A DNA stretch of 64,000 nucleotides from an uncultured virus (IMG/VR IMGVR_UViG_3300024999_000092) (IMGVR_UViG_3300024999_000092), one strand, 5' to 3'; positions 30,936-38,844 are shown, counted from the stretch's first letter. Program-made: numbers and translations. The notes: a model not told the origin generated them from the letters alone.

Positions 30936-30963
30936 AGTTGACATAATATTTATTATCGGTACT
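30936..30963 (-). other. dif-like XerC/XerD recombination site
   Basis: Minus strand AGTACCGATAA-TAAATA-TTATGTCAACT in 11-6-11 layout; compare B. subtilis dif ACTTCCTAGAA-TATATA-TTATGTAAACT (XerD arm 10/11 identical). Confidence 0.8.
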
Positions 30964-30970
30964 TGACTAG

Positions 30971-31420
30971 CTAATCTCCAATAAGTTCGCGCGCTCTCCG
31001 GGCCAACTCTGCGCTGCTGACTTCTACTTCTACAGGTCCACCGTCAGCGCCCGTGAGCTCCAGCTTTTGAGTGTCGGACCATCCAAAGTTATTCGTGAGG
31101 CTGAATTTTGCTCCCCTGTCGTTGCCCTCAAAAAGCTGTTCCTCGGTAAATACTTCGCATCTTGAACGGGCGCGCGAAACTGTGGGGAAATATTCGTCGT
31201 CTTGAGAGTAGTTATAGAGCGTTTTCCGGTCGCATCCTAAATAGAAAGCTAATCCGCTCAATGTATATGGTCTTTTCGCGTTCACCGATACAACATTGCC
31301 TTGTTTTGTCACCTGCTCTATCGTTCGACTATCGCAATACGCGAAATACTCGTCAATCCTGCCTTGCAATTCCTCAACACTCGTAAATTTCAACGGTCTT
31401 CCTGCTGGCATCCCCTTCAC
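30971..31420 (-). CDS. terS: Terminase small subunit (P22 gp3-like DNA-packaging protein)
   Basis: GRPLKFTSVEELQGRIDEYF, PYTLSGLAFYLG, GAKFSLTNNFGW, ELTGADGGPV. Confidence 0.85.
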   Translation of the reverse strand: MKGMPAGRPLKFTSVEELQGRIDEYFAYCDSRTIEQVTKQGNVVSVNAKRPYTLSGLAFYLGCDRKTLYNYSQDDEYFPTVSRARSRCEVFTEEQLFEGNDRGAKFSLTNNFGWSDTQKLELTGADGGPVEVEVSSAELARRARELIGD

Positions 31421-31472
31421 CTCGATATTTTAAGTTAATCAAAGCTATTCTTCGATAAACGGTAATAATTCG

Positions 31473-32063
31473 TTATCCTTTAGCCATGTACGAACGATTC
31501 ACATAATAACAATCGTCCTTCCTGTACGCTACACCAGCACCGGCCAAAGCTGACATTCTTCTATAGAAGTTTCGTTCCGGCATCTTCAATATACGAATCA
31601 AATCGTCTGCGCTCAGTTTTTCCTTTTTCCGCTTGTCTGTCAATGCTCCATTGTCCCAGTCAATCAACGGCGACAACTTCACCAAAAATCCCATATCTGC
31701 ATCACTCAGTTTTGCGCTCAGTTCCACCAATTTCTCATTGTATAGCTTCACGTAGCCTTTTTTGTTCCCTGTACTACGCTTTTTTGGCGGTTTCAGTCCC
31801 TTTTTCGTATTCCAGAACTCGTAATAAGAATGCTCTATGTCCTTATCACGAATACTAATGTGTTCAGACTGCTTGTCCGGAGACTCTTCCCTGGTGAAAA
31901 TAGTTTGCGCGACAGTAGCGCTGACTCCCAGCGGAAATATTCCTTGCTCAGGTCTATTGTGCCAAACTTCGGCCAGCATTTCGCCGGTTTCCGGGTCTAT
32001 GACTTGTCGCCTTGTCCTGCCATATCCGAAGTCATCGTCGAGAATCAAGCATCTTTTTATCAA
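31473..32063 (-). CDS. RepL-like winged-helix protein (Firmicute plasmid replication family)
   Basis: VIDPETGE, YVKLY, HTH (ADDLIRILKMPERNFYRRMSAL), C-terminal YYVNRSYMAKG. Confidence 0.55.
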   Translation of the reverse strand: MIKRCLILDDDFGYGRTRRQVIDPETGEMLAEVWHNRPEQGIFPLGVSATVAQTIFTREESPDKQSEHISIRDKDIEHSYYEFWNTKKGLKPPKKRSTGNKKGYVKLYNEKLVELSAKLSDADMGFLVKLSPLIDWDNGALTDKRKKEKLSADDLIRILKMPERNFYRRMSALAGAGVAYRKDDCYYVNRSYMAKG

Positions 32064-32306
32064 GCTAAAAACAACTCACTTTCGTATATATATACTGCTT
32101 TTCACGCAACAAACCAGCAAAGCCTTGTCGCTCTAGGGCTAGATGCCATTTTAGCACCTGCCAAATATGGCAGGTAGAAATCATTTCTACATACATAAAA
32201 ACAAAACAAAAAACACCCTCTCAGGTGCTCCGTAAACGATATATCCCTACTCAAAACAGTAGGTCCATAGCTAAAAAATAAGCAGGTATAAAACTCCCAC
32301 ACTACC

Positions 32307-32315
32307 ATTTTATCA
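32307..32315 (-). promoter_or_regulatory. Extended -10 of the probable activator-dependent late promoter
   Basis: TGATAAAAT with no clear -35, upstream of the repL-terS-terL operon. Confidence 0.45.
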
Positions 32316-32452
32316 CGACTAAACCCCGAAAACAAGCAAAACTTTCCGTTTTCGCCGGTTTTCTTGTGTTTTATGCGGAATAAAATAACTGTTGACTATG
32401 GGTATCCATATATGATAGTATAGTAAAAATAAATTAAGCGGGAGGAATACTA

Positions 32453-32671
32453 ATGAAAATTCAATATATCGGAGAAGTACCTGATAGCGCAAGAACAATA
32501 GTGAAAGGATATATCAGCGATATTCTGAAAGGCACAGAAAATGATAAATTTCTAGTCTGTCCTGAATATACTAAGTCGGATGAATTAACAAACTTCCTAA
32601 AAAACTTCAACGGCGAAGATAATTTAGTTTACGACAATGAAACATGGTATTATATCTACCCTAAAAACTAA
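32453..32671 (+). CDS. Small early hypothetical protein with its own promoter and terminator
   Basis: RBS GGGAGG; hairpin AACCGCC/GGCGGTT plus T-tract follows. Confidence 0.7.
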   Translation: MKIQYIGEVPDSARTIVKGYISDILKGTENDKFLVCPEYTKSDELTNFLKNFNGEDNLVYDNETWYYIYPKN

Positions 32672-32762
32672 CCGCCTAAACATGGCGGTTTTTCTTTTCT
32701 TTAGAGCTGGGTTGCCATATGGGTATCCGTTATAGTATACTATCCCTGGAGGTGATTTTAAA

Positions 32763-32963
32763 ATGTCAGCAAAAAGAAAAGAAAAATATAGAGACGGTTG
32801 GGAAAGTTTCAACCTGCGCCTGTCAACCGAGGATAAAGCAAAACTAGCCGAAATGTCAGCAAATACGCGGGTTCCGGCATCCGAAATAGCTAGAAACGCT
32901 ATCAAAAAAGAACTTGCGGAACTTCAAAAAACGCTGAAAAAGGCAGATACAGCTAGTATCTAG
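32763..32963 (+). CDS. Ribbon-helix-helix repressor of the early island
   Basis: SFNLRLSTEDKAKLAEMSANTRVPASEIARNAIKKEL; flanked by operator copies. Confidence 0.8.
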   Translation: MSAKRKEKYRDGWESFNLRLSTEDKAKLAEMSANTRVPASEIARNAIKKELAELQKTLKKADTASI

Positions 32964-33108
32964 TAGGCATGTTAAGCTGGATACCCATAGATAGCTGAAT
33001 ATAAGGTTATTTGAGGCTTTACGGCATGGGTATCCATAAGCTATACTAAGCACATGGAACACAACAACAAAATAACAAACGCCCACAGAGGCGAAGGAGG
33101 ATAATAAA

Positions 33109-33507
33109 ATGACAATGACAATTCAAAACTTCATCGAGCAGAATAAAATTAAAATGTCCTGCGAGTATGCAGACAGCAACCCAAACATGGCAGACTCCGC
33201 AAACATGAACCATTATAAGTGTCAACTTCGCAGAAGCGGAAAGCAACTAACAATTAACTTTTCACAGGGTTATGGAATATCAGGAGATCCGGAAGTTGAA
33301 TCAGTATTAAGTTGCTTGGCATCAGATTCAATAGGGGTAGAAAATGCAGGAAATTTTGAGGACTGGGCGCAGGAATACGGATACGACACAGACAACAGGA
33401 AGGCAGAAAAAATATATAAAGTGTGCGAAAGACAGTCGCAAAAATTAAAGAATTTCCTTGGAGAAGAATTATACGGTAAATTATTATGGGAAACCGAGCA
33501 ATACTAA
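33109..33507 (+). CDS. Early hypothetical protein
   Basis: RBS AAGGAGG; FEDWAQEYGYDTDNRKAEKIY motif. Confidence 0.75.
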   Translation: MTMTIQNFIEQNKIKMSCEYADSNPNMADSANMNHYKCQLRRSGKQLTINFSQGYGISGDPEVESVLSCLASDSIGVENAGNFEDWAQEYGYDTDNRKAEKIYKVCERQSQKLKNFLGEELYGKLLWETEQY

Positions 33508-33562
33508 CCCACCTGACGAGTGCCGGACGGTAACCGGTCGAATCCCCGAAAGGGGAAGTGGG
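33508..33562 (+). ncRNA. Type I hammerhead ribozyme fold (variant core)
   Basis: Stem I CCCAC 33508-12/GTGGG 33558-62; core CTGACGA 33513-19; stem II 33520-39; GAA 33540-42; stem III TCCCC-GAAA-GGGGA 33543-56; single unpaired A33557. Confidence 0.75.
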
Positions 33563-33593
33563 AAACCAAACTAAATACGAGGAGGATGCACAC

Positions 33594-33749
33594 ATGAAAT
33601 ATCAAGGATTAGTAGTTGACAGTTTAAAGTCACTGGATACCAAAAAAACCAAATCTTACGACACCTACAAAGAGGCACACGATGCAGCCGAAAAACTCTG
33701 TAAGCGCACGATGGGAGATAGAGGTAAGGTCGAAGTCGAAACCCGCTAA
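33594..33749 (+). CDS. Small early hypothetical protein (51 aa)
   Basis: Start moved to MKYQ at 33594 with RBS GAGGAGG. Confidence 0.65.
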   Translation: MKYQGLVVDSLKSLDTKKTKSYDTYKEAHDAAEKLCKRTMGDRGKVEVETR

Positions 33750-33940
33750 GTCTACTCCGTGAAGGCCGGAGCAGGAGGCCAAAAACCTCCTGACAGTTCA
33801 AGGGTTATCATTAGACCCAGCGCACCGACAGCAACAAACTACCAACAGAATACGAAAAACCCCACAGCGCAACCCGGTGAAGTCTGCATGATGCGGATCA
33901 AAGGGAGCGAACACTGGATACGAGGCTAACGGTGCTAGAT
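33750..33940 (+). ncRNA. Candidate ~190-nt multi-stem structured RNA
   Basis: Intergenic; nested helices GTCTA/TAGAT, CTCCG/CGGAG, CAGGAGG/CCTCCTG, GGGTT/GACCC, GCACCG/CGGTGC, CCGGTG/CACTGG, TCTGCA/TGCGGA. Confidence 0.55.
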
Positions 33941-34026
33941 ATGCAGAAAAGGGGAAGTTTAGGTTTTATCCAAACGCCTTCGATAGAGGGAATTTCGATA
34001 AAACTTAAACAAAGGAGATTGATAAC

Positions 34027-34311
34027 ATGAAAAACATGACAGTTAGAGAATTATTACCGACCATTGGGATCATAGAAAGCGTTATCGATGAAGTTATCGG
34101 AAACCTTGAAATGTCAGTATCGAGAGGTTACGACATCAAATCCAGAGGAATCAGAACAGATAATAAAGTCCAAGTAGTAACGGTTTCACCGAATGTAAAA
34201 TGGACAGATGGAACCTGCAGACCAGCTTATGGCGGTAGGGAATACGAGGTAACGATTTACCTAAACAAATTAACAGATGTAAATTTAAGGAGGGTTTTTG
34301 ATTTACAGTAG
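34027..34311 (+). CDS. Early hypothetical protein
   Basis: RBS AAAGGAG directly after a long hairpin. Confidence 0.7.
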   Translation: MKNMTVRELLPTIGIIESVIDEVIGNLEMSVSRGYDIKSRGIRTDNKVQVVTVSPNVKWTDGTCRPAYGGREYEVTIYLNKLTDVNLRRVFDLQ

Positions 34312-34378
34312 AACCTTTTTAGGTTTTACCTCTGCATCCTGCCGGGTGTGGAGTTAAAATCTAAGGAGGATGATAATT

Positions 34379-34639
34379 ATGAATTATGAAAAATTAACAA
34401 AGTTAATGAACGGCGAAACTGTTAAAGTTGGTAAGAAAAATAATCAAATATACCTCGATAAAGCAACAGACTTGTTTGTAGTTGAAATGTATGAGTTTAC
34501 AAGTGATTTGGAAGGTGAGATGTTTAGTATTGGTGATAGTTTTGAAAACATTGAAGTTGCCGTAGCAGTAGCCACTAGATATACATGCGAGACTTATAAC
34601 TATGAGGTACAGCAAAGATTATTAAAACAGTTTGCATAA
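34379..34639 (+). CDS. Early acidic hypothetical protein
   Basis: RBS AAGGAGG directly after a long hairpin. Confidence 0.7.
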   Translation: MNYEKLTKLMNGETVKVGKKNNQIYLDKATDLFVVEMYEFTSDLEGEMFSIGDSFENIEVAVAVATRYTCETYNYEVQQRLLKQFA

Positions 34640-34721
34640 AATAACCATTAGGGACTCCGGTCCCTGCTTCGCCAAAACTCCTTTAGAGAGGGGTTTTGTT
34701 GAGGTAAAGGAGGGGTTAGCC

Positions 34722-34913
34722 ATGATGTTCACATTCGCCGCATCGATCTGGCACAACAGCACCAAGAACGAAATCATGGGCCACATTATGAACAATATCA
34801 AGGGTAGTGAGTTTAAAATCACCGAGGAACCAGACAATAAGATTAAGAATGTCGGCAAATTTGAGTATGAGAGTAGCGAGGGACTTGACTATCACATCTA
34901 CAAAATTAAGTAG
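34722..34913 (+). CDS. Early hypothetical protein
   Basis: Start moved to MMFTF at 34722 with RBS AAGGAGG. Confidence 0.6.
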   Translation: MMFTFAASIWHNSTKNEIMGHIMNNIKGSEFKITEEPDNKIKNVGKFEYESSEGLDYHIYKIK

Positions 34914-34925
34914 GAGGATAAAACT

Positions 34926-35195
34926 ATGAAAAAAGGCGACATTGTAGAAATTAAAGGCGGTTATTTCAAGGCAGACAATGGACTTTTCCGTGTAGAGCAA
35001 GCACCGGGAGATCCGGGTTGGTTAGGCAATGACTGGTGCCTATACCGAGTCAATAAAGATTATACCTACTCCAAGAGTAAACACAGAACAGCATTTTGGC
35101 CGCTTATGGTTACGGTATCAAGTCGCGAAAAACGCATAGAAGCAAAAAAGCACAACGCCGAACATGCAACGATTGAAGTTATAAGACCAGCTTAA
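34926..35195 (+). CDS. Early hypothetical protein (KOW/SH3-like start)
   Basis: MKKGDIVEIKGG; RBS AGGAGG. Confidence 0.7.
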   Translation: MKKGDIVEIKGGYFKADNGLFRVEQAPGDPGWLGNDWCLYRVNKDYTYSKSKHRTAFWPLMVTVSSREKRIEAKKHNAEHATIEVIRPA

Positions 35196-35263
35196 TTTCT
35201 GGTTTATCCTAACCTTAAACGAGTTAGGATATGCGAGGGATTAAATAAAGGGAGGAATAAATA

Positions 35264-35890
35264 ATGAAAACTTTATATTTTGAAGGTGCCGGAAGTGTAC
35301 CGCGCGGAATGGTTGAAAACTGCCGCATTAGAACAGCTTTTCATAATGACAAGGGAGAGGCCATCTACTTAGAAATGTCTGGTTTTGAAGTAACTAAAAA
35401 CAGTCCCAGAAGTATCAAGCAGTTTACTTGTGCCGGATTCGTTGACCATTGTCATTATATTATGGGTGACGATGATTGTAACAAGCACAGCATTGTAGAT
35501 ATGAGGCACAAAACATTTGAATACAACAAATCCGAAATACTTAGTATTGTAAATTCTCTGGGATGCAGTTTTGACGAGGTTGTTATTCTTCCCGACTTAG
35601 CCGGTTATCGCGTTTTTAAGGATCGCGAAGGTCACAACTTCGGTGATGAATTTCAATTTAACGCAGAACTCGCCGCACGCGCAGAAGAAATCAGGGTCCA
35701 TTTTTACGCACTAGAAAAAAGCGAGGGTAAGAAATACCCTAACTTTTCACTATGGGTTGACCAGGATAACAAGGAAATGCTTCACTTGTTGCGACATTTT
35801 AACGGCTATAACAAGCACTGGTCAATAGTAAATAGCGAAAACTGGCAGGAAAGCATAGTCGAAACCGTATTTGGAAAGTACGCCTGTTAA
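35264..35890 (+). CDS. Early hypothetical protein
   Basis: 208 aa, LYFEGAG...NCRIRTAF; RBS GGGAGG. Confidence 0.75.
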   Translation: MKTLYFEGAGSVPRGMVENCRIRTAFHNDKGEAIYLEMSGFEVTKNSPRSIKQFTCAGFVDHCHYIMGDDDCNKHSIVDMRHKTFEYNKSEILSIVNSLGCSFDEVVILPDLAGYRVFKDREGHNFGDEFQFNAELAARAEEIRVHFYALEKSEGKKYPNFSLWVDQDNKEMLHLLRHFNGYNKHWSIVNSENWQESIVETVFGKYAC

Positions 35891-35990
35891 TATACAAATT
35901 AAAACTCCCCGGTAGCTGTTGCGAGCAGTAAAACCGGGGAGCAGGGAAAATATTTAAGTCACACATATTATAACATAGGAGGGCGACTAA

Positions 35991-36390
35991 ATGAGTGCTT
36001 ATGTAGTAGACAAGGAAACCATTGACCGTATTGTAACTTATATCCACAGACAACACATTGATATTGACATTATTTGCAGTTATTATCCAGAAATGGCGGA
36101 AGCATACAAAAGGCGACTGCAACAAACTAGGCCAAAAGATGCTGACAATGAACAATAAGGCGGTTGACTATCGTTATAATGAGAATAACCCCATTGAGAT
36201 TTACAAGTATAGTTATGTCGTTGCTAGTTTAGTACAGGTTTATAAATCCTTGCAATGCTTTTTATACCAATGCAGTGAGGGAGATATTCCGAAGTCGAAA
36301 CTTTTCCAAGGTTTACGCAGACTAGAGCATAATATAGCTAATCAAATTATCTCCAATATGCCGGAATACAACAAGGCACAATGGGGTTAA
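35991..36390 (+). pseudogene. Early gene split by a +1 frameshift
   Basis: ATG 35991 (RBS GGAGGG) reads MSAYVVDKETIDRIV...AEAYK; the other frame continues GDCNKLGQKML...QCFLYQCSE...AQWG; span is 400 nt; extra A in AAAA 36108-36111. Confidence 0.65.
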
Positions 36391-36476
36391 TAGGGACACA
36401 CGTCCCTTGCCTAAACTCTCTAGTAGGAGGGTTTAGGGAGGGGATCTCCAATATTATGAGGGAGGTTTTACTTATT

Positions 36477-36746
36477 ATGAATTTCATAGGTGGAAGAAAT
36501 GTCGATTTAAACAACGTGAAAATTACTTTTGACGATGCACCCGGCGAGTTAGAATTAGGCACAGTCTGGAAAATTGACAGCGACATGAATTTACTACAGA
36601 TTATCACCGACACCGACCACGAGGACGGAATTGCCCAATTTGCCGATTGTGAAAGCATTGCTAGATATATCAGCGACTTTTACTTCTATGACTACAAAAA
36701 ACCGGAAGGATTAACCGAATTTCTTGAAAAAGTCAGAAAATTATAG
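36477..36746 (+). CDS. Early acidic hypothetical protein
   Basis: Start MNFIGG with RBS GGGAGG; Asp/Glu-rich. Confidence 0.65.
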   Translation: MNFIGGRNVDLNNVKITFDDAPGELELGTVWKIDSDMNLLQIITDTDHEDGIAQFADCESIARYISDFYFYDYKKPEGLTEFLEKVRKL

Positions 36747-36810
36747 TCTTTCGTTATCTCCTGCCGTGTCAGGGGATGCCGAAGGATTATATTAAGAGGG
36801 AGGAATACCG

Positions 36811-37068
36811 ATGGCAAAACAATGGCAAAGATTAACTAGGCATCGCTGGGTTGCCGGTGCTACCATCACTGAAAGTTGCTCCGTAAATCAAGACAACATC
36901 AGGAGGTTTACGGCAACCATAAGAGGGTGGAGAAATTGGCTTATCTTTGAGGGCGACATAACTAAAATAGACGCACAACAGATAATGGATAAAGTCATAG
37001 AAATAATGGACCGTATTGACAATGGTGATAAGGAAATTTTTAACGAGGACACCAGAATTATTGCATAG
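36811..37068 (+). CDS. Early hypothetical protein
   Basis: RBS GGGAGG after a hairpin. Confidence 0.65.
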   Translation: MAKQWQRLTRHRWVAGATITESCSVNQDNIRRFTATIRGWRNWLIFEGDITKIDAQQIMDKVIEIMDRIDNGDKEIFNEDTRIIA

Positions 37069-37083
37069 AGGGAGGGCAACACA

Positions 37084-37320
37084 ATGACCGTAAACACGCA
37101 CCACAACCCCATACACGAGAGCAAATCCGAAGCAGGTACAAATACACCCGAGTTAAGCAAATATAGTCTAGCAGTATATTTTCCCGACTTGCAGGTAGGC
37201 AAATGCCTTGTCCCTGCCGGGGTGGATCGGAATGAAGTATGGGGAGTGTCGCCGTTGGATGCCTGTCAATGGATGGCAGAGCATTTCCGGTCGGCGGAGT
37301 GGGTGGAGGTGGAAAGATAA
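37084..37320 (+). CDS. Early hypothetical protein
   Basis: RBS GGGAGGG. Confidence 0.5.
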   Translation: MTVNTHHNPIHESKSEAGTNTPELSKYSLAVYFPDLQVGKCLVPAGVDRNEVWGVSPLDACQWMAEHFRSAEWVEVER

Positions 37321-37505
37321 TGTATTTTGGTTCAGAAAGTTGGGGAAAGTTTGGGTGCTCAGGAAGAACCATGTTGCATGCTTGCCGCGAATGTTCTCGT
37401 TTCCGTCCGATGGCAGTGAGGAAATGTGATAAGCGAAATAACGTAAAGGGTGACACGTTTTCTTGTAAGCACTTTTTGTTCCGAGCGGATAAAGGTTTTC
37501 GCTAA
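37320..37505 (+). CDS. Small Cys-rich hypothetical protein
   Basis: Start MYFGS at 37320 with RBS GGAGGTGG. Confidence 0.5.
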   Translation: MYFGSESWGKFGCSGRTMLHACRECSRFRPMAVRKCDKRNNVKGDTFSCKHFLFRADKGFR

Positions 37506-37540
37506 AGTTTCCTTCCTCTGCCTCTTATTTTTAGAAAGCT

Positions 37541-37566
37541 AAAAAGCAGGGGTTTTATCCCCTGCT
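37541..37566. terminator. Terminator between the convergent early island and the arpU/rinA gene
   Basis: AAAAAGCAGGGG-TTTTAT-CCCCTGCT. Confidence 0.65.
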
Positions 37567-38003
37567 CACCTCAACAATCCTCTTCTAACCGCCAATGTCC
37601 GTCCCTCCTCTAATATCCCCTGCCACCGATTATAAACCGTTCTCACATTTACCCCTAGTTCTTTCGCGATTATCTGTTTAGTAGATTTCCCGCTAACATG
37701 TTTTTCATGTGTCCGTTTCAATCTTAGTAGCAATTTATCATCATCACACAAACCTGCTACCAATTCCTCAACCACTTTCAACCACGTTTCAGTTACCGCC
37801 AGCGATGCCAACGCGATCCCCGCACTAGCTGTTTTATTACCGACACTGCTACCGCGAGGCATACCGTCAGCAGGCGGGGGAGAGTTTTCCAATATCCTCT
37901 CCCTGTCCTGTTCGTACTGTAACTTTATCTCAAAATAGTTGATTGAATAGTTAGCAACAATTTGTTTTTCCTGCCTAAATGGATCTGCGAGAGGTTTTCT
38001 CAT
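37566..38003 (-). CDS. ArpU/RinA-family late transcription activator
   Basis: GMPRGSSVGNKTASAGI, C-terminal HTH IAKELGVNVRTVYNRW; last gene of the middle operon. Confidence 0.75.
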   Translation of the reverse strand: MRKPLADPFRQEKQIVANYSINYFEIKLQYEQDRERILENSPPPADGMPRGSSVGNKTASAGIALASLAVTETWLKVVEELVAGLCDDDKLLLRLKRTHEKHVSGKSTKQIIAKELGVNVRTVYNRWQGILEEGRTLAVRRGLLR

Positions 38004-38487
38004 TTATTGCCTCCCCTTTTCTTAACTTCCGTAAACTTCGGAGGATCGGGTATACCTACCCACCAATTAGGCACATATACCATTTCCCCGTCTACATTTT
38101 TATAATTAATCGGAACCTGCTCGCTAATCAGGCGAGGATCGGGGCCGACTACTTTCTTTAGTTTACTATTCAGCATCGTTCATAAACTCCGCATCATCGC
38201 TTCTAGCGATAAACATTAGAGACATGATAAACATCCCGACCATGCATCCAACAAATAGACCGATAGCTAAACCTAAACCAAACATCAAACTTCAACTCCC
38301 TGCCTTTTTCGTTGTCCGGACCATAAATTAGCCCTTGCCCTGCGTAAATGATTGCGGCAAAAACTACTGCCAATATTGCGGAAATTTGTTCTGTCGGCAA
38401 AGTTGTGTTGTCGCCAAAGCGGTAAATGTATTTCTATCGGGCAACCGTAAACCACAAGTACAGTTTCAATAACGATACTGTCCAACC

Positions 38488-38679
38488 TCAAACCCCCTTA
38501 ATTAAGTAAGGTCTAACCGCCCTCAAAACTAGATACTGCGGTATGTGCGGCAATTTCTCCCACAGATAATTCATCCTTGAAGAATTATCCTTCATTCCGG
38601 CCAACTTGTCCCGGTTAAGTTCGCAAAAGTTTATAAACTCGTCGGTTAATTGGTGTTCTTTGTCTGCCGTTAATCTCAT
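38488..38679 (-). CDS. Hypothetical protein
   Basis: ORF in a packed operon. Confidence 0.5.
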   Translation of the reverse strand: MRLTADKEHQLTDEFINFCELNRDKLAGMKDNSSRMNYLWEKLPHIPQYLVLRAVRPYLIKGV

Positions 38680-38844
38680 TTCCCTATGCCGGATACTGAC
38701 ATAAACAGGTAGTAAATAATAGGAGCAATAACGATGAAACCAGCTACTCTATGCTTTTTATCATCATCAATTAAACATTCCTGCACAATACTAGCAATCA
38801 TAACTAACAGAGAATACCATCCCAATATCTTAAATAGCAAAACA

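Larger units (their letters stand above)
32392..33047 (+). promoter_or_regulatory. Three promoters and four copies of a TATGGGTATCCATA-type operator
   Basis: Copies at 32397-32410, 32718-32731, 32978-32989 (inverted) and 33025-33038; three lie between -35 (TTGACT/TTGCCA/TTTACG) and -10 (TAGTAT/TATACT/TATACT). Confidence 0.8.

Noticed and set aside
33558..33593. N-terminal extension of the 63-aa ORF in the track
   Set aside because: Overlaps hammerhead stem I; the RBS supports the ATG at 33594
33500..36800. Early-island hairpins as a CRISPR or mini-array
   Set aside because: Repeats are not identical, the spacers are whole genes, and no cas genes are present
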